Virus record (IMG/VR): IMGVR_UViG_3300036770_007495
Coordinates: 160,704-224,703 of that record
Length of the DNA: 64,000 nucleotides
Strand: one strand, 5' to 3'
Made by a program: the position numbers and the translations under genes. Shown here piece by piece: positions 20,263 through 30,709 of this stretch. Each line of letters begins with the position of its first letter. Position 1 is the stretch's first letter. The notes beneath the pieces were generated by a model. It did not search any database, was not told the DNA's origin, and was given only the letters and a program-made list of their open reading frames with translations.

Positions 20263-22905
20263 ATGGCATCAAGAATTATCAACTCTCCAGGGGTTCAAAT
20301 CAATGAAATCGATGAATCAGCAATTCAGGCAAATGTTTTTGGTACTGATGTATTGATCACTGGTTTCGCAAGCAAAGGCCCAACAGATGAAGTCATCAGT
20401 GTTTCTTCACTTTCTGAATTTGAACAGATTTTCGGCACACCAACCAATGCTGCAGAGCGTTATTTCTACTACTCTGTAAAGCCTCTGTTTGGAACAGGTG
20501 CTAATTTGCTGCTCAGCCGCTTGCCATATGGCGGCGGAAATGGTGATGGCTTTGGTTCACAATACAGCGCAGTAGTTTACCCTGTTGTTGCTGTATCTGG
20601 TAACCCAATTGATTTTAATCTTGCTGATGCTACTGCAACAGCTACAGCAGACATTAATCTTGCAACAGGTGCAGTATCATCTGTAGCAGTAGTACTGTCT
20701 GGTCAATATTATGCTGTTGCTCCAACAATCACAGTATCTGCTCCTCAGACACCTGGTACAACTGCAACATTTACAGCAAACATTACCCTTGCAGGCGCTG
20801 TATCTTCTCTTACTACTACTCAAGCAGGATCTGGATATACTTCTGCACCAACCATAACAATTGCTGCACCAAGCTACAACAACATTGGTGGTATTCTGCC
20901 AACACTTGATAGTGCAAGTGTTGATGCATATGTTCTTGGCAAGCCTCTTCACTTTACTCTTACCAAGGCTCAATATTTGTCATGCATCAATGGTGAAGCA
21001 TTTGTGTGGAACAAAACTCCAACAACAGCAGGTGTTGTACAAAACATTGCAAGCATCAGCGATTTCGGCAAAGCTGGCGTTGTAATCTTCAACAAAGCAC
21101 AAACAACCATCAATGACAAGTATGAAGGTTATTACATTGGCATGGTTGACAACACCAATGCAAATCCTGCAACTCAGTTTGATGGCATTGTTACAGCAAC
21201 AACAGTTAACGTTGCTGCTCCAAACGTTGGCAGCAAGGATACAACAACACCTGTTCCTGCAACTCGCCTCAACTTTGCATTGTCGGGTAGCAATGCATCC
21301 AATGGCACAATGTCGCAGGCATTTGAAAATGCTGCTTCATTCAACATTGGCACAAATCAATTCAACGATTACCTCACACTTGGAGTTGTGAAGCTTCGTC
21401 AGAGCATCTTCTCACCAGACACAATCAAGCTTGATTATGTTCTTGAAGAGAAGTTTGTTGCAAGCCTTGACTTCTACCGTCAGCGCACACCAGAAAATGG
21501 TGGTCCAATCACTTCTGCATACATTGGCAATGAAGTTGATAATGGCTCACGCAACATCACCATCATGGTCAACGACTTTGTGTCAAATCGCAATGGCGCA
21601 ACCTGGATTGGTCTTGATGGCTTGCCAAGCAAGAGTGTTAGAATGCTCAGCCGCGAGCTTGAAGGCTTGCTTACTGATGCAACAACATTTGCAAGTGTCT
21701 CTGGCACAATCGGCATTACACCTGGTGCATTCAATGCTGCAAAAACATCATTTGCAACTAATCTCAATGGTTATGCTGACGACTTGCTTGCACTTGGTGC
21801 ATATGTAAATCCAGCACCTGCTGATAAGACCATTGGTAGCTTGCCAAACAAGATTGATCGCATCCTTCAGTTGGTTGAAAATGATGAATTGTTTGACATT
21901 GACATCTCTGTTGAAGCTGGTCTTGGTACCATCTATGCAACAACTTGCGCAGCACGCACAAGTTACTATGATGACACCTTGATGAATTCAACATTGCAGC
22001 AAGCTCTTGGTTACTTGCAGACAACTCTCAATTACACCGCACCATCTGATGATACATTGGACTTGAGAGGCAACTACAACACCATCTTCAGCAAGTTTGC
22101 TGACTTTGCACGTGACAGACTGGATCACATCTTCATTGCTGATCCAATTCGTCACATCTTGGTGCAGGGCAACAATTCCAAGACACTCAATGACAATTCC
22201 AAGAGCTGGTCACAGCATGTGTTCTCACCATTGCGTCACCAGTTTGAGCTTGCCAACACCAGCTATGCAGCAGCATATGCAAACTGGGCACGAGTCAATG
22301 ATGGCTTCTCTCAGACAAATGTGTGGGTGCCATTCTCTGGCACAGTTGCATCAGACTTTGCTCGTTCCGACAGAGACTTTGCATACTGGGCAGCACCAGC
22401 AGGCTTCCGCCGCGGTTTGGTGAGCGAAGTGGATGACATTGCAATTGCTCCTAACCAGAAGCAGCGCGATGACTTGTACAAGTTCAACCTCAATCCAATC
22501 ACACAGTTTGTGCGCGAAGGCATTGTAATCTTTGGTCAGAAGACTCTCAACCGCATTCCAAGTGCATTTGACCGAGTCAACGTCCGCCGCTTGTTCATCT
22601 TGCTTGAGAAGCAGACCAAGGCAATTGCTCGCTACTATGTGTTTGAGCCAAACACCTTGTACACTCGCACACGTCTTGTGGATGACTTGACACCAAACTT
22701 TGAAGCTGCTAAAACAGCAACAATCAATCAGGGCATCTACGACTACATCATTGTTTGCGATGACAGAAACAACCCACCATCTGTCATTGATGCAAACGAG
22801 CTTGTGGTTGACATTTACATCAAGCCAGTTCGCACTGCAGAGTTCATCTTGGTGAACTTCCATGCAACAAGAACAAGTGCCAACTTCCAAGAAATCTTGA
22901 GATAA
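20263..22905 (+). CDS. gp18: Tail sheath protein, T4 gp18-like
   Basis: SPGVQINEID N-terminus; WAAPAGFRRG, LYKFNLNPI, FDRVNVRRLFI, DIYIKPVRTAEFILVNF. Confidence 0.95.
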   Translation: MASRIINSPGVQINEIDESAIQANVFGTDVLITGFASKGPTDEVISVSSLSEFEQIFGTPTNAAERYFYYSVKPLFGTGANLLLSRLPYGGGNGDGFGSQYSAVVYPVVAVSGNPIDFNLADATATATADINLATGAVSSVAVVLSGQYYAVAPTITVSAPQTPGTTATFTANITLAGAVSSLTTTQAGSGYTSAPTITIAAPSYNNIGGILPTLDSASVDAYVLGKPLHFTLTKAQYLSCINGEAFVWNKTPTTAGVVQNIASISDFGKAGVVIFNKAQTTINDKYEGYYIGMVDNTNANPATQFDGIVTATTVNVAAPNVGSKDTTTPVPATRLNFALSGSNASNGTMSQAFENAASFNIGTNQFNDYLTLGVVKLRQSIFSPDTIKLDYVLEEKFVASLDFYRQRTPENGGPITSAYIGNEVDNGSRNITIMVNDFVSNRNGATWIGLDGLPSKSVRMLSRELEGLLTDATTFASVSGTIGITPGAFNAAKTSFATNLNGYADDLLALGAYVNPAPADKTIGSLPNKIDRILQLVENDELFDIDISVEAGLGTIYATTCAARTSYYDDTLMNSTLQQALGYLQTTLNYTAPSDDTLDLRGNYNTIFSKFADFARDRLDHIFIADPIRHILVQGNNSKTLNDNSKSWSQHVFSPLRHQFELANTSYAAAYANWARVNDGFSQTNVWVPFSGTVASDFARSDRDFAYWAAPAGFRRGLVSEVDDIAIAPNQKQRDDLYKFNLNPITQFVREGIVIFGQKTLNRIPSAFDRVNVRRLFILLEKQTKAIARYYVFEPNTLYTRTRLVDDLTPNFEAAKTATINQGIYDYIIVCDDRNNPPSVIDANELVVDIYIKPVRTAEFILVNFHATRTSANFQEILR

Positions 22906-22922
22906 GACACAAAAACAAAGAG

Positions 22923-22951
22923 GAGTGCAGCGCAAGCTGCACTCTTTTTTT
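22923..22951 (+). terminator. Rho-independent terminator after the sheath gene
   Basis: GAGTGCAGC-GCAA-GCTGCACTC followed by T7. Confidence 0.9.
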
Positions 22952-22972
22952 GTTTAAACCATAAATACTAAC

Positions 22973-23467
22973 ATGAACGAAGACCTAAAAGAGCTGCAAA
23001 ACATCTATGAAAGTGCTGTCAATGAAGGCATTTTGAATAGAATTGGTGCCAACATTGCAGGTGCAGTTGGGACTGCAGGTGGTGCACTCAAGGGAGCATA
23101 TTATGGTGCAACAGGCAATGTGCAAGGTGCAGCTGATGCAGCATTAAAAGCAAAAAATGCTAAATTTGATTCATACAAAAAAGCTGCTGATGCAAAGTTA
23201 GAAAAAGTTTTTAACGAAGTGGTGACCGATCTTACAAAGCTCAATTTGGTAGATCAAGCAAGAATGAAGCCATACATTGATGGATTCAAACAAAACCTTG
23301 CAACTTCTTTTACTCAATTTTTGCAGGGATTGACTGCTACAGTTGCACAAGCTCCAGCAGCCCCCACTCAAACCACACAGCAAACTACTCAAACCATCCC
23401 ACCATCTCCACCAGCAAGTACTACTGCTACGCCTCCTGCTGCATCACAGCCGGTTGGTCCTATGTAA
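22973..23467 (+). CDS. Hypothetical late protein, possible internal head protein
   Basis: TAAATA-N5-ATG; N-terminus ...QNIYESAVNEGIL; G/A-rich segment and P/T-rich tail. Confidence 0.6.
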   Translation: MNEDLKELQNIYESAVNEGILNRIGANIAGAVGTAGGALKGAYYGATGNVQGAADAALKAKNAKFDSYKKAADAKLEKVFNEVVTDLTKLNLVDQARMKPYIDGFKQNLATSFTQFLQGLTATVAQAPAAPTQTTQQTTQTIPPSPPASTTATPPAASQPVGPM

Positions 23468-23483
23468 TGCATTTGCATAATTT

Positions 23484-23924
23484 ATGGCTCACAAAGAGTT
23501 TAAACAAGGCGTTTACAAGCCCATCAACAGGCAGAAATACATTGGTGATAAACTGCCTTTTTATAGATCAGGTTATGAGCTAAAATTCATGCGATGGGCT
23601 GATGCTAACCCCAATGTTTTGAAGTGGGGAAGTGAAAGCATCATTGTCCCTTACAAGAGCCCCATTGATGGTAAAATGCATCGCTATTTTGTAGATAATG
23701 TGGTCATCATCAAAGAAGGAGAAAACATCAAAAAATATCTCATTGAGATCAAACCACACAAACAAACACAGCCGCCAACTGCTCATGGCAACAAAAAACA
23801 GACCACCATTTTGTATGAGCAAGCTACATATGTCATCAATCAAGCCAAATGGGAAGCAGCAAAGAAGTGGTGCAAAGATCATGAATGGGAGTTTCTCATC
23901 TTAACAGAGAAGCATTTGCCATAA
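23484..23924 (+). CDS. gp4: Head completion nuclease, T4 gp4-like (TnsA-like fold)
   Basis: KYIG...YRSGYELKFMRWAD...WGSESIIVPY...HRYFVD...IEIKP...NQAKWEAA...FLILTE. Confidence 0.9.
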   Translation: MAHKEFKQGVYKPINRQKYIGDKLPFYRSGYELKFMRWADANPNVLKWGSESIIVPYKSPIDGKMHRYFVDNVVIIKEGENIKKYLIEIKPHKQTQPPTAHGNKKQTTILYEQATYVINQAKWEAAKKWCKDHEWEFLILTEKHLP

Positions 23925-23932
23925 ATACTATG

Positions 23933-24820
23933 ATGCAAGATTTTAAAACATTTTACAGACAGCACTTAATTGAAGAATCATTCAAACAAGATCTTGCAAT
24001 GATGGCACTTGCTGTATCACTTGCACTCACAACTGGCATTGGGCTGCATAAAATTGGTTTCATACAAGACAGGGACAGCGTTGAATATGCATTGAGAAAT
24101 GCACAAGACATGGGATACAATGTTCAGGAGATTGTACAGCAATCTAAACAGCCAGAGATTCAACAAAAAGCAAAAGAAATTCTGCAACAAAAACAAGATG
24201 ACAAGGCTGAACAGATGTACAAAAAAGCTGTTGAGCCGCCTGCTCAGCCTCTACAACCTTCTGTTTTGAAGCCTGCTAAAGAGACTGAACAAGAATTTCT
24301 CAGAGCAGCCATGGAATACATCAAAGAAAATGAGCTTGGTCAAGCAGGCATAGAATATCATAAACCATACCGAGATCACAAAGGCAAACCCACCATTGGC
24401 ATTGGTCATTTGATTACACCCAAAGAGCAAAGCAAGGGCATTTTTAAGAAAGGCATTTCTGAAGATCAGGTTTATGAGTTGTTTACCAAAGATATTCAAA
24501 CCAAGCTGCAAACAGCACGCAGAATATTTCCCAAGTATGATGAATTTCCGCTTGATTTGAAAATCAAGTTGTTGGATGGAATTTTCCGTGGTGATGTATC
24601 AGGATCACCCACCACCATCAAGCTCATCAATGCAGGCAAATGGGAAAAAGCGGCAAATGAGTTTCTTGACAACAAAGAATACAAAGAAGCAGTTAAAAAA
24701 GGATATGGTACTGGGCCACGCATGAAGAAAATTGCAGATGCAATCAAAGCAATGGGTAATAAACAGCAGCCAGAAGCAACAAAACCTAAATTGCAACCAG
24801 AAACAACGCCGTTTTATTAA
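23933..24820 (+). CDS. T4-lysozyme-like (GH24) muramidase with a long N-terminal extension
   Basis: IKENELG...YRDHKGKPTIGIGHLI keeps the E/D/T catalytic pattern of T4L (DEGL...YKDTEGYYTIGIGHLL). Confidence 0.85.
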   Translation: MQDFKTFYRQHLIEESFKQDLAMMALAVSLALTTGIGLHKIGFIQDRDSVEYALRNAQDMGYNVQEIVQQSKQPEIQQKAKEILQQKQDDKAEQMYKKAVEPPAQPLQPSVLKPAKETEQEFLRAAMEYIKENELGQAGIEYHKPYRDHKGKPTIGIGHLITPKEQSKGIFKKGISEDQVYELFTKDIQTKLQTARRIFPKYDEFPLDLKIKLLDGIFRGDVSGSPTTIKLINAGKWEKAANEFLDNKEYKEAVKKGYGTGPRMKKIADAIKAMGNKQQPEATKPKLQPETTPFY

Positions 24821-24841
24821 CGGTGAACAATAAATACTCAT

Positions 24842-25390
24842 ATGGCACAGACAAATCAAACCATTGGAAACTTTTATGACCGCGCAGTAGCTCGTGAATT
24901 CTCACGCGACTTCTTGTTTCGAGTTCTGAACATCACTTTTGCAGGCGGTGCTGTCTTCAATGAAGATGAGCTTGTTTATGCAAAAACAGCAAAACTACCT
25001 GCTCGTCAAATTACCAACGTGCAGAGCAAGTACATGGGTCTCAACTTCAACTTAGCTGGCACAGCTGTATATCCAGGCAGCGACAGCTATGCAATTTCTT
25101 TTTATTGTGATGCCAATTCTTTGCTGAGAAACAAATTTTTGCAGGAATCTCGTCGTGTGTTCGATGATGCAACCAGCACAGGTGATTACAACATTGCTGG
25201 TCGTGCAAGTTCCATCACTTTGTTGCAGCTTGACAAGGCATTGGAACCAGTTTCCACATTCCGTCTTGTGGGTGCCAACATCAAAAACGTGGGTGAAATT
25301 CAATACAACATGGCAGATGGCACTGGTCAGCCTGTTAATTTTGATGCTACCATCTCTTATCACTTCTTTGAAGAGAACGCACCAGCCTAA
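24842..25390 (+). CDS. gp19: Tail tube protein, T4 gp19-like
   Basis: RDFLFRV...YAKTAKLPARQI...FNLAGTAVYPG...FRLVGA...FDATISYHFF. TAAATA-N5-ATG. Confidence 0.8.
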   Translation: MAQTNQTIGNFYDRAVAREFSRDFLFRVLNITFAGGAVFNEDELVYAKTAKLPARQITNVQSKYMGLNFNLAGTAVYPGSDSYAISFYCDANSLLRNKFLQESRRVFDDATSTGDYNIAGRASSITLLQLDKALEPVSTFRLVGANIKNVGEIQYNMADGTGQPVNFDATISYHFFEENAPA

Positions 25391-25401
25391 TAAATAGTTA
25401 G

Positions 25402-26109
25402 GTGCCACAGTCACCACGAGAAACCTATTTAGCACTCCTAGACAGATGGGAGTATAATCTTGCACTCAATTCTCAGTGGGTGCTCATCATTCACGATTTG
25501 CCCCGCATTCAAGGCATTGTGAGAAAAGTACAGCCTCTAGAAGCATGGACACCCAACTCAGATTGGAACATCAATGAAGTCATCTACGAAAAACTCACCA
25601 ACGAGCAGGTGCAAACAACAGAAGCCATGGGATGCTTCTTTGTCAACAATGTTGTTGTGCCTGGTGAAGCATACAATCAAGAAGAAGCTACCATTTCCAA
25701 CAGTGGTGGTTACATCAATGTGGGTGTAGCAGGCAAGAGAACATCTTTTTCTGGCAAACGAGTAGCAACATCATTCAGAGAAACCAATTTAGACTTTGTT
25801 GAGACAGTGCTGCGCCCATGGGTCATTGCATGTTCACACATTGGCTTCTTTGCTTTTCAGTCAGCTGCAGACAATGTTAAGATTCCTAGAATGCAGCTCA
25901 TCAATTTTTCACGCCTCAAGCATACTCCTGTGTCACCTTATGATTCTGAAACATTCAGACCCATCAGAAAAATCTACAACTTCTACAATGTAGCACCCAT
26001 TGAGATTGATACCAAGACATACGATTACACTGAAGACCAAGGAACACCGCAAATGAGACAAGTGGGCTGGATTTTTGACAATTACAGCATACAATACTCT
26101 AGACAATGA
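25402..26109 (+). CDS. Tube-fold baseplate subunit (gp54-like tail tube initiator)
   Basis: Tube-fold pattern (FFVNNVVVPGE...SFRET...YNFYNVAPIEI...VGWIFDNY), located directly after the tube gene. Confidence 0.55.
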   Translation: MPQSPRETYLALLDRWEYNLALNSQWVLIIHDLPRIQGIVRKVQPLEAWTPNSDWNINEVIYEKLTNEQVQTTEAMGCFFVNNVVVPGEAYNQEEATISNSGGYINVGVAGKRTSFSGKRVATSFRETNLDFVETVLRPWVIACSHIGFFAFQSAADNVKIPRMQLINFSRLKHTPVSPYDSETFRPIRKIYNFYNVAPIEIDTKTYDYTEDQGTPQMRQVGWIFDNYSIQYSRQ

Positions 26110-26966
26110 TGCAACATGCATTTTATTCAGAGCTAGACTTGCCTTGTGCTAAACAAAAAATGTTGGTGAGTCAAATGAGCAGCAGCATGTTTATGCAGCT
26201 GCAAAAGTATTTGTTGGAAAACAATGATGATCTCATTGAACAATATTTCAATTACATCATTACAAATTGCAACAAACATGCAATGGATGCAAAAAAGCTC
26301 AACTGCATTGATAAGCTTGCATGCTTGATGAAGATTCGAAGCATCAGTTGTGGAGATGCAGTCATTTTCACCAATCAACAAAACGTTCAAGCAAGCATGA
26401 GCATGAACAGCATCATCAACTCATTGTTGTGCTGCAAAGAACATGTATTCAATGTTTCCAAAGATGTTCAAATAACCATTGGACTACCAAACAGCATAAA
26501 TTTGCATGAAGCATCCAGAGTAATTGAGCAATGCATCAAAAGCATCACTGCAAATGGTGCTTGCTTTGATGCAAATGACTTGACTGAACAACAGATGCAG
26601 CAATTCATGCAAAATTTGAATGCATCTGCTGTTGCACACATCAACAGATTCATTTCAATGCATGCAGATTTGAAAATCATTGCATTTCAAGGCAATCAAC
26701 ACCTGCAACTTGATGACATCATCTTGAGCCCATTCAATGACTCCATCATTGAATTTTGCAAGTTCATTTTCAAAGATGATTTGATGAATCAATACAAGAA
26801 TATTCACACTCTGTGCAGCAAATCTCATCTGACACCTGACTTTTTGCTGAGCATTGCACCCATTGAGCAGCAATTGTATATCAAACTGTTGGCTGAAGAG
26901 ATTGAAGCAACCAATGAGCAGTTGAAACAACAGGATAAATCAGTAAATATGCCAAATTATGGATAA
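26106..26966 (+). CDS. Baseplate hub assembly protein, gp26-like fused to a gp51-like C-terminus
   Basis: N-terminus gp26-like; C-terminus DDLMNQYKNIHTL...FLLSIAPIEQQLYIKLLAEE resembles gp51. Confidence 0.6.
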   Translation: MMQHAFYSELDLPCAKQKMLVSQMSSSMFMQLQKYLLENNDDLIEQYFNYIITNCNKHAMDAKKLNCIDKLACLMKIRSISCGDAVIFTNQQNVQASMSMNSIINSLLCCKEHVFNVSKDVQITIGLPNSINLHEASRVIEQCIKSITANGACFDANDLTEQQMQQFMQNLNASAVAHINRFISMHADLKIIAFQGNQHLQLDDIILSPFNDSIIEFCKFIFKDDLMNQYKNIHTLCSKSHLTPDFLLSIAPIEQQLYIKLLAEEIEATNEQLKQQDKSVNMPNYG

Positions 26967-27678
26967 CTTCTCAAATGTACTGACTCAACTCAAGAAAATC
27001 AATGAAGAGTCAATCATTGACTGCTTTGTACCTTCTGCCAACAAGCAAGTCAAGTTCAAACCCATGACTGTTGCACAACAACAGCAAATCATCAAGAATC
27101 TTGCCAATGGTGCATCTGACAACCTCAAAATCATCAACAGCATCAATGACATCATCATTGCCAACAGCATTGATTGCAATGATTTGAAAATCATTGACAG
27201 AGAAGTTGTGTTGCTGCAATACAGACTGCATGATGCAACCATTGATGAACAAGATCAAACAAAAATCAAAGATGCAATCAAGAGCATCAAAAAAGAATCC
27301 AAAAACATTGCTTTGACTCATGCAGTTGCAGGGTATGGCATCACCATCAACTGTGCAATTCCATCATTGCAGCGCGATTCTGCCATCAATGCAGCTGCTG
27401 TTGCATCTTTTGAATCAAACAATGTTACCAGAGTGCAGGACATGGCTGCAGCATTGTATGCATATCAAATCATCAAGTTTATCAACAGCATCACTGTTGC
27501 AGACAACACAGTTTCCTTTGAGAGCATTGAGGATCTCCCCAGTTTGATGCAGATCATTGATAACCTACCAGTTGATCTCAACAATGCAGTGCTAACTTAT
27601 GCAAATGGTGTTCAGAACACTTTCACCAAAGCACTCAAAGATAAAAACATTGCATTGCAGACACCAACAATGCAATGA
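26959..27678 (+). CDS. Baseplate hub subunit, gp26-like
   Basis: VPSANKQVKFKPMTVAQQQQII...LKIIDREVVLLQYR typical of gp26-like proteins. Confidence 0.65.
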   Translation: MDNFSNVLTQLKKINEESIIDCFVPSANKQVKFKPMTVAQQQQIIKNLANGASDNLKIINSINDIIIANSIDCNDLKIIDREVVLLQYRLHDATIDEQDQTKIKDAIKSIKKESKNIALTHAVAGYGITINCAIPSLQRDSAINAAAVASFESNNVTRVQDMAAALYAYQIIKFINSITVADNTVSFESIEDLPSLMQIIDNLPVDLNNAVLTYANGVQNTFTKALKDKNIALQTPTMQ

Positions 27679-27695
27679 TGTGATAAATATCTTGG

Positions 27696-29585
27696 ATGAC
27701 CGCTGAGGAACTCCAAAATGCTATTCAAGCACTCAAAAACTCCATTGAGCTATTTTCTGCTCAATTGGAAGCTGTGGCATTGGGTATTCCAAGAAATCCA
27801 GCTGCAAATGCAGCTGCAGAACCAACAATTCCTGTTGCTCAGCAAGCTGAAGCCCTTGAAACAGCAAACAAGCGCAATGGTGATGTGGGTCCAAGTGATA
27901 TAAAGTTCATTGATGCACTGCACAAAAAATTCAAGCCATTGTTTGATGAACTCAAGCCAAAAACATCAACAGGCATTGATAAAGAAGGTGCTGACATTGA
28001 AGATGTTCTCAAAGGTGAAGAAGCAGAGAAAGTTACCAAGGTTTCCATTGTTAGCATCAGTGAGGGTGCATTAGAAAGCATCAAAGATGCTCTCAAGCCA
28101 AAGAATGAAACACCTGCTGGTGGAGGCTTTCTCTCAGGCATCATGGGCTTTCTTGGAGGAGCTGGTGCAACTGCAGCTGGTGGTGGTCTCATTAGTCTTT
28201 TGACTGCATTGCCTGCTGCATTGCCTGGTATTTTGGTCGCATTGGGTGCAATCATTGGTGTTGCTGTAGCATTGAGTGCGGCAGTAACCGTTGTCGTTAA
28301 AACATTGAGCTGGCTCAAAGACGACATTGTTGGATTGTTTCCAGTCATTGATAAATTTGCAGAAATATTCACTGACTTTGCTGTTGCTGTCATCCCTGTG
28401 ATTGGCAAGGCATTGACAGAGTTTACTGCAACAGTTTTGCCTGCTTTGATAGATGCATTTACAACATTTGCATCAGTTGTAATTCCTGCAGTCATTGGAG
28501 CCATTTCAGATCTCATCAGTTCACCTGGATTCAAATTTCTAGCAGGTGCACTCATTACACTTGCATCACAAACAATTGATGTGCTGGGCAATCTTTTGAC
28601 CAACACCATTGCATTGGTAAAATCAGTTGTAACAGACATCAAAGACATGTTGGTGAGTTTGTTTGAAAATGCAAAAGCAATCATTATTCCTGTTGTGTCT
28701 GACATCAAGGAAATGTTCATTGCATTGATTGAGCCTATTGAAAGAACATTAACAAATTTGTTCAACAACATTAGAGAAGTTCTTATTCCCATCTCAAATG
28801 ATGTAAAAGAGACATTCATTGCAATTGGTGAACAGGTGCAGAAAACTGTGCTTGGATCATTGGAAAAAATTGATGCAATCTTCTCCAAAATACCAGATGT
28901 GTTTGGTGGTGTGTTTGATAAAATTGCTGAATTTTCCAACAAGGTATCCATTGGCAAAATTGGCGTAGTAGCTGCTGAAATTGGAGCATTAGCATTTAAT
29001 TTGGGTGCATTGACTGCATCAGATTTGCTAGGCAGCCTCACAAGTTTCTTTTCTGACAGCCCATTTGAAAAAATCATTGATTTTCAAAACAAACTTGATG
29101 TCAACAAATTTTCTATCCTGTCTACACTTGCTCCTGCTTTGCAAAAGCTCATGGATGTAAATGTTGATCAACTCCAAGGAGTAAGCAGTGTTCTTGATGA
29201 ATTAGTTGACAAGAGCATTGAAGTAAGCAAAACTGTTGAAAAAATTTTCTCAGGAAGTGGTTTGTTTAAGAAATCAGGCGGCATTCTTGAACTTGTTGAT
29301 AAGCTTGAAGGTGCTAAGCAGGGTGCTGAAAATACCATCACATCTGTATTGGTGAAAACATCTGATGCTCAAAGAAAAGTCTCAGAACTTCAACTCAATG
29401 AAGCAAAAATGACCAACAAGATTCTCAGCGACATCTTTAGAAAAATGGATGCAATGAGCATGAATGCTGCACCAAAAACATCTGCAGCAAGACCCGGCAC
29501 AATAACAGTTGACGAATCTTTGCCTCTACAGTTCACATCTACCAACACCAGACAGCAGATATTGCAGTCAGGCAACAGTAAGTGA
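27696..29585 (+). CDS. Tape measure / gp29-like hub protein
   Basis: 629 aa, long amphipathic helical repeats and a hydrophobic G/A/L stretch; position among baseplate hub genes. Confidence 0.65.
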   Translation: MTAEELQNAIQALKNSIELFSAQLEAVALGIPRNPAANAAAEPTIPVAQQAEALETANKRNGDVGPSDIKFIDALHKKFKPLFDELKPKTSTGIDKEGADIEDVLKGEEAEKVTKVSIVSISEGALESIKDALKPKNETPAGGGFLSGIMGFLGGAGATAAGGGLISLLTALPAALPGILVALGAIIGVAVALSAAVTVVVKTLSWLKDDIVGLFPVIDKFAEIFTDFAVAVIPVIGKALTEFTATVLPALIDAFTTFASVVIPAVIGAISDLISSPGFKFLAGALITLASQTIDVLGNLLTNTIALVKSVVTDIKDMLVSLFENAKAIIIPVVSDIKEMFIALIEPIERTLTNLFNNIREVLIPISNDVKETFIAIGEQVQKTVLGSLEKIDAIFSKIPDVFGGVFDKIAEFSNKVSIGKIGVVAAEIGALAFNLGALTASDLLGSLTSFFSDSPFEKIIDFQNKLDVNKFSILSTLAPALQKLMDVNVDQLQGVSSVLDELVDKSIEVSKTVEKIFSGSGLFKKSGGILELVDKLEGAKQGAENTITSVLVKTSDAQRKVSELQLNEAKMTNKILSDIFRKMDAMSMNAAPKTSAARPGTITVDESLPLQFTSTNTRQQILQSGNSK

Positions 29586-29617
29586 CATCAACGCACCATT
29601 GATGGATAAATACTATC

Positions 29618-30709
29618 ATGGCCCTGTTTAAGATCAAAAAAGAGCAAATGCTTCCATCTAATTTGGAGTATTATGCTGCTGTTCCGGATTCTGTAGATGC
29701 AGGCGCTATTGCAGCAACTTCACCCATCAATGGTCAAAATGTTGTTGCACGCAAAGTGCCACAACCAATCAAATCTGCAAACATCATTGATGTATATAGA
29801 ACTTTTGATTGGACAGCTTCACCACTCAACAATGCAAATTTCAACAGCATTGCCAAGACACCATTTGCAAAATTAACTGAGTACAGAATGGATGATTTAT
29901 CCATCATCAACTCAATGCTCTATTATGCACAAGCTTTTGGTGATCAAATTGGTACTGCTGCAAACACTGTTGCGCCCAATGTTGTAAATGACATTCAAAA
30001 CTTGTCAAGCACAGTCAGAGACAAAGTTTTAGGCGCTTTGGGAACAAATACTCAGCAGCAGCGCAAATCACAAGAGAGCATTTGGATGAAGCCATATGAA
30101 GGATTGTATTCCTTGCAGCCAACTCAATTTACATATTTTTTGCCTTATTTTGAAAATGATGCATTCAACAGAATTGAATCTAGCTATGAAGATATGACCT
30201 CACCGGGTCTGAAAGGCTTCAAAGCAGGTGCTGAAGGTACAATGGGATTTGGTAAGCTTATAGCACCAGGTCAGTACATTGAATCTCCAAAGATGTTTGC
30301 ACTTTCAGATGCTAATGCACCTAGAGTTGATATTAAATTTCCACTGCTTAACACACTGTCTTTTGAAGGTGCTGTCAGAAATTATCAATTGTTGTGGCTA
30401 CTTACATTTCAAAATACACCACAGCGTGTAACAAAGTCTGTGGTGGAAATGCCGCGCATGTATGATGTACACATTCCTGGTGTTACATTTATGAAATTTG
30501 CATACATTGAATCCATGAAAGTTGATTTCATTGGTGTGCGACGCCGCGTAACTATTCCTATGCCATCTTGTGAAGCGCCTGGGCAGCCTGTTGAAATAGA
30601 GGTTGTAATGCCAGATGCATATCAGGTAACATTGTCACTCAAATCCACAATCATGAACGCAAACAACATGATGCTGGAAAACTGGAAAATTTCAACACCG
30701 CAAACATGA
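29618..30709 (+). CDS. Baseplate tail-tube cap-like protein (gp48-like)
   Basis: Tube-fold C-terminus (MPRMYDVHIPG...AYIESMKVDF...YQVTLSLK); upstream of the gp53-like gene. Confidence 0.5.
   Translation: MALFKIKKEQMLPSNLEYYAAVPDSVDAGAIAATSPINGQNVVARKVPQPIKSANIIDVYRTFDWTASPLNNANFNSIAKTPFAKLTEYRMDDLSIINSMLYYAQAFGDQIGTAANTVAPNVVNDIQNLSSTVRDKVLGALGTNTQQQRKSQESIWMKPYEGLYSLQPTQFTYFLPYFENDAFNRIESSYEDMTSPGLKGFKAGAEGTMGFGKLIAPGQYIESPKMFALSDANAPRVDIKFPLLNTLSFEGAVRNYQLLWLLTFQNTPQRVTKSVVEMPRMYDVHIPGVTFMKFAYIESMKVDFIGVRRRVTIPMPSCEAPGQPVEIEVVMPDAYQVTLSLKSTIMNANNMMLENWKISTPQT

Noticed and set aside
23484-23924. Tn7 TnsA transposase or mobile element
   Set aside because: The TnsA-like fold here matches T4 gp4 head-completion protein in a virion gene context; no TnsB/C or terminal repeats.
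27839-29077. Long antisense or alternate-frame ORFs (27839-29077, 47307-48209, 22351-22935, and the N-terminal extensions in 14161-15114 and 17729-19657)
   Set aside because: Shadows of genuine genes caused by stop-poor codon bias (TA depletion); no promoter context or protein motifs.
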